A program made the translations under genes and the position numbers. Of a DNA stretch of 30,672 nucleotides, positions 8,575 to 16,942 are shown piece after piece. The notes under the pieces are model-generated. The model searched no databases, was not told the origin of the DNA, and worked only from the letters and a program-made list of their open reading frames with translations. Each line of letters starts with the position of its first letter. Positions within the stretch are counted from its first letter, which is position 1. The DNA lies in assembly GCA_027319565.1 (NCBI GenBank), contig DAHVNA010000027.1, positions 1 to 30,672 on the forward strand. Direction: 5' to 3'. Source of the DNA: Elusimicrobiota bacterium. GTDB lineage: Bacteria; Elusimicrobiota; Elusimicrobia; UBA1565; UBA9628.

Positions 8575-8969
8575 CCGCCACGTTGAGCATCCAGATACTG
8601 CCTAACTACGTAGAGGTCGCTCACGTGCCCTGAGAGCATACGGTCCAGCGCGGACTTGCCGCCGAAGATAGGCGCCGTATTGGGTTTTTTAATCCAGGCA
8701 TCAGCCGAGTCCTCATTAGGCAGGAGAATGTGGAGCGCCTTGAATATCCCCAGGAGATACGAAATTCTCTCCAGCGTATCGAGAGACAGATGTCCGTCCT
8801 GGTCTTTTTTCCAGTTGAAGAAGGTTGAACGCGCTGAAACACCCAGCAGCTTCATTTGCTCTTTTACGTCCAGGTTCCACCGCTGCGCGAGGCGAAAGAA
8901 AGCTCTAAGCGCCGGGCCGGACGCGGTCTTCGGGTCTAACTTCCTGGGTAGCGTCTGTGTGATTCCCAT
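8565..8969 (-). CDS. Xre/MbcA/ParS antitoxin
   Basis: N-terminal HTH (LLGVSARSTFFNWK), ERISYLLGIFKAL, W...PN....FGG.SALD.M, VR.YLD..RGG; overlaps the toxin start. Confidence 0.92.
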   Translation of the reverse strand: MGITQTLPRKLDPKTASGPALRAFFRLAQRWNLDVKEQMKLLGVSARSTFFNWKKDQDGHLSLDTLERISYLLGIFKALHILLPNEDSADAWIKKPNTAPIFGGKSALDRMLSGHVSDLYVVRQYLDAQRGGWA

Positions 8970-8990
8970 AGAGCCTCCTTCGATAATTAT

Positions 8991-9019
8991 ATTGTAAGTC
9001 CAATTATGGACTTTGTCAA
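8991..9019 (-). promoter_or_regulatory. Sigma70 promoter of xre-res with operator palindrome
   Basis: Minus strand TTGACA (9019-9014), 17 bp, TACAAT (8996-8991). AAGTCCA-atta-TGGACTT (8996-9013) fills the spacer. Confidence 0.85.
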
Positions 9020-9112
9020 GAGTATTTGGACTAAACGGTAATTAAGGGGACGCCATACTTAATTCAGCGGAGGTGCGCTGTCCCCATTTCTTCTAGTGAA
9101 TTAAATACCCTA

Positions 9113-10138
9113 TCACCGGATTTCGCGCGATTTCTTTTTCTTCCGGCTGGGCGCGGGTAGATTTTTCAATTTTTTCACAGCCGCTTCAAAATCCTTTTCC
9201 GCCTGCGAGGGCTCGACGAGTTGCGCACGGTGGAATTTCTCGAACTCCATCTCCGCCTTCTGCGCCGCCTGTTCATGCGAAATCTTTCCGGCATGATTGA
9301 GAATGTCCCGTCCACTCAGGCGCAGAAAATCGTCCAGTTTCGCAATCCAGTCCCGCATATACATGGGCCTGCGGTTCAAGGCCTGGAGTTCCGCCAACTC
9401 AAGATAGGCGGTTACGATGCGGTTGAGCGCATCAAGTTCCTCTGGAGATAGATAATTTTTCGCGATGACAGCTTCCGTCTTGCTGGGCTTGGCGCCTACC
9501 CAATTGGTCATTCCCATCTGGGGCTTTGAAGCGTCTGCTCGGGCGTCAATGACCTCGGCCGCAGTCTGGCCGTGCGCCGCCCAGTGCATTTTGTTTTGCA
9601 CCGTGGCGAAAAATTGTTGCGACGCTTTCGCGTTGGGATCATAGTCGATGCTTGTCGCGTAAATTTCCAGAACTTTGCGCCAGAAAACTTTTTCCGATGA
9701 TCGGATGTCCCGGATACGCGCCAACAATTCTTCAAAGTAATTCCCGCCTCCACGCCGCTTCAACCGCTCATCATCCATCGCAAAGCCCTTCACGATATAT
9801 TCGCGTAGCCGCTGCGTAGCCCAGATGCGAAATTGCGTGGCCTGATGACTATTGACCCTATAGCCCACGGCGATGATGGCATCGAGGTTATAGTATTTGG
9901 CCGAGTAGATTTTTCCATCGCGGGCAGTATGTTCCAAAATGGAACATACTGAATCTTCCGAGAGTTCCCCCGTTGAGAAGATGTTGCCCAAGTGTTTCGT
10001 GATAGTTGGGCGTTGAACTCCAAAAAGTTTCGCTAGCGTCTTTTGAGTTAGCCAGACAGTCTCGTTTTTTAAAAACACCTCCACTTTTACCGTCCCGTCC
10101 GGAGCGGTGTAAAGAAGGAATTGATTATGATCGCTCAT
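9113..10138 (-). CDS. RhuM family protein
   Basis: ETVWLTQ..LA.LFGV...TITKHL.NIF..GEL, YNLDAIIAVGYRVNS..ATQFR.WA, RIRDIRSSEK.F, FFATVQNKMHWA. Start 10138 likely; track start is 10174. Confidence 0.92.
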   Translation of the reverse strand: MSDHNQFLLYTAPDGTVKVEVFLKNETVWLTQKTLAKLFGVQRPTITKHLGNIFSTGELSEDSVCSILEHTARDGKIYSAKYYNLDAIIAVGYRVNSHQATQFRIWATQRLREYIVKGFAMDDERLKRRGGGNYFEELLARIRDIRSSEKVFWRKVLEIYATSIDYDPNAKASQQFFATVQNKMHWAAHGQTAAEVIDARADASKPQMGMTNWVGAKPSKTEAVIAKNYLSPEELDALNRIVTAYLELAELQALNRRPMYMRDWIAKLDDFLRLSGRDILNHAGKISHEQAAQKAEMEFEKFHRAQLVEPSQAEKDFEAAVKKLKNLPAPSRKKKKSREIR

Positions 10139-10288
10139 GGTTTTATTCTTTATGATTTCCAGTCTCAATGACAATCTTGGATGAATGGCCCTTGCTATTT
10201 ATACGATTCAAGGCCTTATTTTGTTCCATTGCGGGAGGGGTTGGGTTCGTTCCGCAATCAAAGGGTAAAAGCTGTCTCGATGATTTCG

Positions 10289-11725
10289 TCATGGAGTCTC
10301 GCTGTTGGGGTTTTCTTGCCCATCGGTTTCGTTGTCGGAGGATATTTCCAGCGACACGATGGGAGCCAGAGATGCGCCGATGAGCCCTTGCAGGTCGCCA
10401 TACATTCCCGATGTATTATGGATAACCCGTTGAATCTGTTTTTCCCGCTTAGCCCACGTCCTTTCCATGGCGCGTTTTTCGGAATCGAGATCGGTTTTCA
10501 TCGCGACGAAGGCTTCCACGATAGCTTCAACGCGGTGCCGGAACTCGGGGCCCGAGAGATAGCGGTAAATTAATTCCATTTTTTCGCCCTTGCCGGCCAT
10601 GGCGTTTTGCACTTGCGCTAGCTGCGTGATGCCGGCGCGCAGGGCCGTTGAGAGTCCGACTAAAGACGGGAAATCCGTCACCCAAATGCCTTCATATTGC
10701 CCGATGTGGTTGACGCCTTTCGGCAAGACGGTGGAGACAATAACTCCAAAATCGGCTTTCGCCTCTCTCATGTCATCCTTGAGTTTTTGGACCCAAGCGT
10801 CGCTCCAGGCCTTGGTGCGCTTGGATTCCCAAAGGATACTTCCATGAGTTTTTCCGGAAGAGGAACACACCCGTTGAAGGGCGTCCGCGCCGCGCACGCC
10901 CTTGGCGACCGGCTCGATTTCGTCAAAGCGGAAACTTGAGCGGAGAATTTCTTCCAGCGCCAATTCCTGGACTTCTCCTTGAGCCTGTTGCGATCCCTGT
11001 TCGGCTTTTCGCTTCAAGTCCTCGATCTGCTTTCTCATGTCGTCAAGCTGCTTGTCTTTCTCGCGGTCGCGCAGATGATGCTCTTCGGCGGCTTTGGCCA
11101 GCGCGTCCTCGCGGATTTTAGCGCGCTCTTCATCGAGCTTTCGCTCAAGCTCCAATGCCAATGAGCGCTCGCGGTCCTCAAGTTCCCGCTGTTTCTTCCG
11201 GAATAGAATTTCGTTTTCTCGGGCCGAATCGAGCTGTTTGGTCCGCTCTTCCAGTTGAAGTTTGAGGTCATTGAGCGCTGTCTGTTGTTCTCCCAATGCC
11301 TTGGCCGCGGCCTCTTCCCGAATCTTTGCCCGCTCTTTATCAAGAGTCCGCTGAACCTCTAGTTTTAATCCGCTCTCGCGCTCCTCGATTTCGCGTTCGC
11401 GCTTGCGCAGGGCTAATTCCTGTTTGCGGGCGTCCTCAAGAAGCTTGGCTTTTTCCTCAAGCTGGGATTTTAAATCCTTCATGTCGTGAGCCAAGGTTTC
11501 CTCGGCTCGTTTCTTGGCCGCTTTCTCAATGGCCGCGCGTTCGCCAGCAAGAGCTTGAGCTTGCTCTTTCTTTAAAGCTTCAATCGCGGTTTCATGCTCA
11601 TGCTCTTTCCGCTTGTTTTCAGATTCAAAATCTTTGCGAAGTTTTTCCTCGATGGGATGAGTCAAAGCTTCGGTCAGTTGAATTTTTTTGCCGCAATGCG
11701 GACATAGGATCGATTGGTCGGTCAT
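10289..11725 (-). CDS. DUF2130 family coiled-coil protein with C-terminal nuclease-like fold
   Basis: N-terminal CPHC, long coiled coil, GSQQAQGEVQEL.LE..L...F..D.I..V.KG..GAD, ILWESKRTK.WS..W..KLK.D. Confidence 0.88.
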   Translation of the reverse strand: MTDQSILCPHCGKKIQLTEALTHPIEEKLRKDFESENKRKEHEHETAIEALKKEQAQALAGERAAIEKAAKKRAEETLAHDMKDLKSQLEEKAKLLEDARKQELALRKREREIEERESGLKLEVQRTLDKERAKIREEAAAKALGEQQTALNDLKLQLEERTKQLDSARENEILFRKKQRELEDRERSLALELERKLDEERAKIREDALAKAAEEHHLRDREKDKQLDDMRKQIEDLKRKAEQGSQQAQGEVQELALEEILRSSFRFDEIEPVAKGVRGADALQRVCSSSGKTHGSILWESKRTKAWSDAWVQKLKDDMREAKADFGVIVSTVLPKGVNHIGQYEGIWVTDFPSLVGLSTALRAGITQLAQVQNAMAGKGEKMELIYRYLSGPEFRHRVEAIVEAFVAMKTDLDSEKRAMERTWAKREKQIQRVIHNTSGMYGDLQGLIGASLAPIVSLEISSDNETDGQENPNSETP

Positions 11726-13893
11726 TGGAGACTCCGAACATCTGTATACAGTTTTCTTAGGTGCTCATCAGACATATCCAAAATTGGTTCATACATGAAA
11801 GAATTGAGATGAATGTTCTCGGGAGTCATTAGCATTACGCGTTCAATCACAGCAATCGCATCAATGTTCGCGACATACTTTTCTCGGAACAGTTTAAACA
11901 GCTTATAGGTCTGATGGGTTGCAATGCCGGAAACCATCTTTTCATCTGCAATCTTTTCAATCATAAATTTCTCGGCCGCGAGCCGAATGGCAATCGACAG
12001 GACAATCTTGTTTTCGAAATTTATTCCATCAGAAGCCTTTAGGCAATCCGTTGCTTCCGCGCCAATTACCTCAATGACCTTCTTATTGCCATCGGGACAC
12101 GAACCGCTAATCCCGAAGATAGCCGTGTAAATCTTTGCCAAGTCATCTTGGGTAATAGCGTCAGAGTCTTTCTTCCAATGCAAAAGCGAAGTAAGTTTCA
12201 AGTAATCCGGATCGTTCTCTCCCTTGGTGTATTCGATAAGGTTTCGAATGAACGGGATGGAGGCCACGCGCTTTCTAGCATCATTGAAAAAATTTAGCTT
12301 CCAATCCTTCGTGAAGACGTTCTTGATCCCCTCAGCTCTATTAAGACTCAGGCCGGTGTCAGTTTTAGATGTCATGAAGCACTGCGAATAATGCACGAAT
12401 CGGCTGTTGATGGTTCGGAAGAAATCAAAATTGTGCGTAAGGATGATCAAAGAGAAGCTGGGGTCCTCAGAGATTTCCTTGAGGTACTCGACGATGGCGT
12501 ATTTATTCCTGTAGTCGAAAGAATCGGCAATATCATCAACTATAAAAAGAGTTTCCTGCTTCGACTTCCGTCGCGCCTCGACTTCGAAGATGATGTTCAA
12601 TACATAGAGGGCCTTCTTCTCTCCAGTGCTTAACGCCTGCAGAAGTTCATCCCTGCCGACCAGTGCAGAGTCTTCTCCATCCTGAAATGTAAAACCTAAA
12701 CTTAAGAGCGGCTCCCGACCCAACATGACGTCAATCCTGTTCTTGGCCTCAAGTTTAAACGGGACATGGAACCGGCTATTAAAAATATCGATTACCCTTT
12801 CCCATTGCGTTCGCTCTTTCCTCGCAACCTCTTTGATCTCATTCTCCCGCTTCTCGACGGTTCGATATTTTTTAATGAGATCATTATAGAGATCAATTTT
12901 TGTGTAAAAATATGATTTCCAAATCGCCACTCGGAAGGCTTTCACATCTGAGAGAGCCGGAAGTATTTTCTCATTCCTTAACAAGTAGTCATTGAAATCT
13001 CGAACACTGGTGTTTTTATTAATTTGCTTCTCAATTTCCGTAAATCTCTTTTTTAGTTCCTTATCCTTAAGAATCTGGTTCTTTTCTTCGTCAATAAGTT
13101 TCTCCAACTCGTCCTGACTTAAAATCTCCTTCTTAGTGGCCGCATTCAGAACAATCGAGTGTTTCGCTTCGAAGAATCCGTTGTCAGACAGATTTTTGGC
13201 AATAGTGGTCGCATTGTAATAGTTAAAGATGCCCCTTTTAAAGTAACTGGAAGCTGCAAGTAGTTCGTTATACTTCTCGACATACTCTTTAATTGCGCCC
13301 TTGAAGTCTTTAGTATTTAAAAACGCTTGCACTTTGTCATCAAATATCTGGTCGTAAGCGATGTCTGAGTATGGAGCGTCCTTCTGCACTTTCATATCAT
13401 TCTCAATTCGAAAAAGGGCTTCTTTAAACTCTCTGTCATTTTCCGTAAAGCTAAAGGTCAACGAGATTTCCTTTTCCAAATCCTTCTTCGAACCAGATAA
13501 CTCTTGAATACTCTTTAGGAACAAATTTTTCGCTGCTTCAATGTCTACATGTAGGGTTTCGTATTCTTTCCGTAATGCCGAGTTAACAAGAAGTGTTGAT
13601 GTTTTTTCCGTGTGACCAAACACTTCGTCGTACGGTTTGATCGCAACGATCTTCTCTCGCGCGACCTCAGCACCACTTTCATCAATGATTTCTCGAACTG
13701 AAGTCCGCGCTGGAAAAATGCGGTCCTTGGGTGGAGCGCCCTCGCTCAAGTCTTTAAACGTGCTCGCAAAGGAGCTTTTCATCGCCCCATTTGGCGCATA
13801 AATGGCGATTACTCGGTGTTTCGAAAAATCAAAAGTATGTTGCAGTTGTTTTATGCCGTAACAATTCTCAAGATTAATTTTTAAAGTTTTCAT
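11722..13893 (-). CDS. Rad50/SMC-like ABC ATPase (AAA_13, RloC/PrrC-like architecture) with uncharacterised C-terminal domain
   Basis: Variant Walker A YAPNGAMKSS, long helical insert, signature LSTGEKKA, Walker B/D-loop FIVDDIADSFD, H-loop LTHNFDFF. Confidence 0.75.
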   Translation of the reverse strand: MKTLKINLENCYGIKQLQHTFDFSKHRVIAIYAPNGAMKSSFASTFKDLSEGAPPKDRIFPARTSVREIIDESGAEVAREKIVAIKPYDEVFGHTEKTSTLLVNSALRKEYETLHVDIEAAKNLFLKSIQELSGSKKDLEKEISLTFSFTENDREFKEALFRIENDMKVQKDAPYSDIAYDQIFDDKVQAFLNTKDFKGAIKEYVEKYNELLAASSYFKRGIFNYYNATTIAKNLSDNGFFEAKHSIVLNAATKKEILSQDELEKLIDEEKNQILKDKELKKRFTEIEKQINKNTSVRDFNDYLLRNEKILPALSDVKAFRVAIWKSYFYTKIDLYNDLIKKYRTVEKRENEIKEVARKERTQWERVIDIFNSRFHVPFKLEAKNRIDVMLGREPLLSLGFTFQDGEDSALVGRDELLQALSTGEKKALYVLNIIFEVEARRKSKQETLFIVDDIADSFDYRNKYAIVEYLKEISEDPSFSLIILTHNFDFFRTINSRFVHYSQCFMTSKTDTGLSLNRAEGIKNVFTKDWKLNFFNDARKRVASIPFIRNLIEYTKGENDPDYLKLTSLLHWKKDSDAITQDDLAKIYTAIFGISGSCPDGNKKVIEVIGAEATDCLKASDGINFENKIVLSIAIRLAAEKFMIEKIADEKMVSGIATHQTYKLFKLFREKYVANIDAIAVIERVMLMTPENIHLNSFMYEPILDMSDEHLRKLYTDVRSLQ

Positions 13894-13963
13894 CTATTTA
13901 ACTCCAAGTATCTATAATTCTCGTTTTTGGCTATGGGAGAGTAAGCTCCATTATCCACAATCT

Positions 13964-16942
13964 TTACACCTCATCCGCCGTCACCGCTACGGCGAAGGGA
14001 ACGCCGAGGGAGTCGAAATGTTTTTGGCCGCAGCGAACTTTGTCGGCCTCGGAGGTGCGGAGTTTTAGAAAATCTCGCGTTGCCTTGGTCTCGCGCGCGA
14101 GGTAAAGGGTCTCGCCATTTTGTTTAAGAATCGCCCAGTCGGGATTGTATTTGCCGACAGGCGTGTCGATCTCAAACCAGCCGGGAAGTTTTACAAAGAG
14201 CTTGATGTCTTCTCGCTCGTCTAAGCGCTTGGCGAACTCGCGTTCGACTTCGGAATCGTAAACCACATATTCATAAACCGATTTTTTGACCTCAAGAGCG
14301 TTCAAGTAATTGACCAGCTCTTCATTTTTAAACCGCAACATCTCCCATTCGGAGTCCGCCCCGGCTCCCTTAATCCGCTCATACTTAATTCCATCCACTA
14401 ACAGGCAATGCAACTCATGTTTGAGAATAGAGGCCACGGCGTCCATGAAGCGCTGCGGATTATTAAAAAATTCGGACAAGCGGCCTGAAGCCTTGAGAAT
14501 TCGCGCAAGAGTCGAGCGAGTGAGTTCCGTTTCATTTTGCAAATAACCAAGAATATCTGGAATCGGACGATTTTCATAATCTGCCAAATCTTCAACCGTG
14601 CTCGCCGCCGCGACTGTTACCCCGCCCTTGATCACGCCCAAACGGCCAGCGCTTATTCGCACGCTCGGTTTTTCAATGCGCTCCATCCTTTTTAAGGCGT
14701 CTGTCGCTTTTTGAATAAGAGCCTCGGTCTCAAATTCCACGCGATAAGTCGTCCTGGGGTTGATCCGCTTCCAAAGCTCTTGAAATTCCGGGCTAAGGGT
14801 CACTTCTTTTTTGAGATGATTAGGCCTTTCGTCTTTCTCTTTTCGGATATGGCGTTCGATCTGATAGGCCGAGAGTAAATCGATGACGGCGGGGCCCAGC
14901 TCGCGGTATTTTTTAGGCATTTCAAGCTTAAAATCTTTTCGTTTGGGATCAAAAGCGGGCTGGATGCGGCCCTCGGCGTCAAAAATATTTTGGCGAACGA
15001 GTTCCGCGCGAATCAGTTCGGCCGCCTCTCGGCCAATGGGCTGTTCTTTCCCATCCACGACACGAATTAACTTGGCGATGGCGGTCAAAGGCACTTTGCC
15101 GAAACTCACGCCGCAATCTTCTTCATATTCCTTTTGAAGAGCCTTCGCGAAGTCCTCGTAGCTCTCATTAGCCATGACGTAAAGTTTGTTGATGGATTCA
15201 TCAAAAACGCGCAAGCCGTTTTGGTCGACGGGAAGCCTTAAACCCCGTCCTATCTCTTGGCGTTTTTTCATCGCGCTTTTAGTTTCGTTGAGCGTGCAAA
15301 TCTGGAACACATTGGGATTGTCCCAGCCTTCCCGCAAAGCGGAGTGGCTAAAGATAAAGCGCAGAGGCTCATCCAGCGACAAAAGTCGTTCTTTTTCTTT
15401 CATGATGAGGTTATAAACCTCATCATCAAGCTGAGTGTCCCCGCGCGTGTCTTTAAGAACGCCTTTTTTGTCTTGGGCGAAATAGCCGTTGTGAAGTTTC
15501 TCAATCGGCTCTTTAAGCCACGGCAAATCTCGAAAGCGCTCTTCCTTAGCCAACTGAGTGAGTTCAGTTTCAAAAGCTTCGGCGAACTTGCCTTTGACGG
15601 ATTTGCCTTCGGCGTCATAATCGCGATAATTCGCCACGCGGTCGATAAAAAAGAGGCTCAACACCTTGATCCCGCGTCCGCGCAGTTGAATTTCTTTTTC
15701 CAGATGCCTTTTAACCGTGTGCCTAATTTGAGCGCGCCAAACATCATCCTGCATTCCGCCGATCTCTTCTCCCAGCCGCAGCGTGCGGCCATTGCTCAAG
15801 CGAATAAATTCGGAACCCGGCTCGGCGTTGATTTCGGCGATGGAATAGCCGTCGGCGTAATTGGCCCGCTCATTAGACAAGGCGAATAAATCGGAGCCTT
15901 GCTTAATGGGAACCGATTTTTCTTTCGGGCCATCGGCAGTCTGAACATGGATGCGGAGCCTGGCCTTGAGGCTGGGCTTGTAATCAATTCGTTCGACACG
16001 CACAAAAGCGTCGTTGGCCGCGCCTTGGGCCTCGGCGCTGGCGACCACGATTTGCTTGACCAGCTTCAGTTCAAAGGCCCGCACCGGATCAAGTCGGTAC
16101 ACGAGATTGTAAGGGTTGCGGTGAGTGGCCGAGTAGCGCAATGTGCACAAGGGATTAAGAGCCTTAATAGCCTCTTGTGACTTTTCGGTTGAGTCGACGC
16201 TTTGCGGCTCGTCAATAATCACGATCGGACGCGCCGCTTGGACAAATTCTATCGGCTGGCGGCCAGAAAGTTTGTCGCTCTCTTTATAGATGACATTGCT
16301 CTTTCGCTCATCATCAGTTCCGGAAAAATTCTTGCGGAACGCGTCGATATTGATAATGAGAATTTGAAGAGCGTTTCCCGTGGCGAATTGGCGAAGGCGG
16401 TTGACTTTTTTCGCGTCATAAACGAAATGCTCGAACGGCAAATGATTATAAAGCGCGCGGAAATGTTCGGCGGTGATCTCGATATTTTTCAGCACGCCTT
16501 CCCGAACGGCGACGCTCGGAACGACGATAATGAATTTTTGAAAGCCGTATTTGCGAGAAAGCTCGAAAATCGTCCGCAAATAGACATAGGTCTTTCCCGT
16601 GCCCGTCTCCATTTCGACTGAAAAATGCGGACACGCGCGGGATTGATTGGCTGGGACATCGAACAATTCCCACGCTTGAGGAGGCGCCGCGGGATCTAGA
16701 ACTTCGATATCATTTTGCGTTTGAACAACGCGCAGGTTCTCGCGGAGCTTATCTTCGGCTAAAAGCAGCCGATTTCCAATGCCGAGTTCCGTCATCGCCT
16801 GCCCTTCAAAAATACCCTCGAACTCGCCCAGTTTAATGACGGAGTAGTCTGAAACGCCGCGAGGCTGGCCGTTAAAAAGCTCGCAAACAGCGGAAACCGC
16901 GTCAATTTGAAATTGCTGATTCGCGTCGAATTGAAGTTTCAT
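13964..16942 (-). CDS. res: Type III restriction endonuclease subunit Res
   Basis: EMETGTGKT, IIDEPQ, RYSATH, ALREGWDNPNVFQICTL, QEIGRGLRL, C-terminal YNPDW..ETK nuclease motif. Confidence 0.95.
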   Translation of the reverse strand: MKLQFDANQQFQIDAVSAVCELFNGQPRGVSDYSVIKLGEFEGIFEGQAMTELGIGNRLLLAEDKLRENLRVVQTQNDIEVLDPAAPPQAWELFDVPANQSRACPHFSVEMETGTGKTYVYLRTIFELSRKYGFQKFIIVVPSVAVREGVLKNIEITAEHFRALYNHLPFEHFVYDAKKVNRLRQFATGNALQILIINIDAFRKNFSGTDDERKSNVIYKESDKLSGRQPIEFVQAARPIVIIDEPQSVDSTEKSQEAIKALNPLCTLRYSATHRNPYNLVYRLDPVRAFELKLVKQIVVASAEAQGAANDAFVRVERIDYKPSLKARLRIHVQTADGPKEKSVPIKQGSDLFALSNERANYADGYSIAEINAEPGSEFIRLSNGRTLRLGEEIGGMQDDVWRAQIRHTVKRHLEKEIQLRGRGIKVLSLFFIDRVANYRDYDAEGKSVKGKFAEAFETELTQLAKEERFRDLPWLKEPIEKLHNGYFAQDKKGVLKDTRGDTQLDDEVYNLIMKEKERLLSLDEPLRFIFSHSALREGWDNPNVFQICTLNETKSAMKKRQEIGRGLRLPVDQNGLRVFDESINKLYVMANESYEDFAKALQKEYEEDCGVSFGKVPLTAIAKLIRVVDGKEQPIGREAAELIRAELVRQNIFDAEGRIQPAFDPKRKDFKLEMPKKYRELGPAVIDLLSAYQIERHIRKEKDERPNHLKKEVTLSPEFQELWKRINPRTTYRVEFETEALIQKATDALKRMERIEKPSVRISAGRLGVIKGGVTVAAASTVEDLADYENRPIPDILGYLQNETELTRSTLARILKASGRLSEFFNNPQRFMDAVASILKHELHCLLVDGIKYERIKGAGADSEWEMLRFKNEELVNYLNALEVKKSVYEYVVYDSEVEREFAKRLDEREDIKLFVKLPGWFEIDTPVGKYNPDWAILKQNGETLYLARETKATRDFLKLRTSEADKVRCGQKHFDSLGVPFAVAVTADEV

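Noticed and set aside
10228..10258. Imperfect IR ATTGCGG...CCGCAAT enclosing TTGGGTTCGTT between DUF2130 and RhuM
   Set aside because: Short stem, single copy and no U-tract; could be chance.
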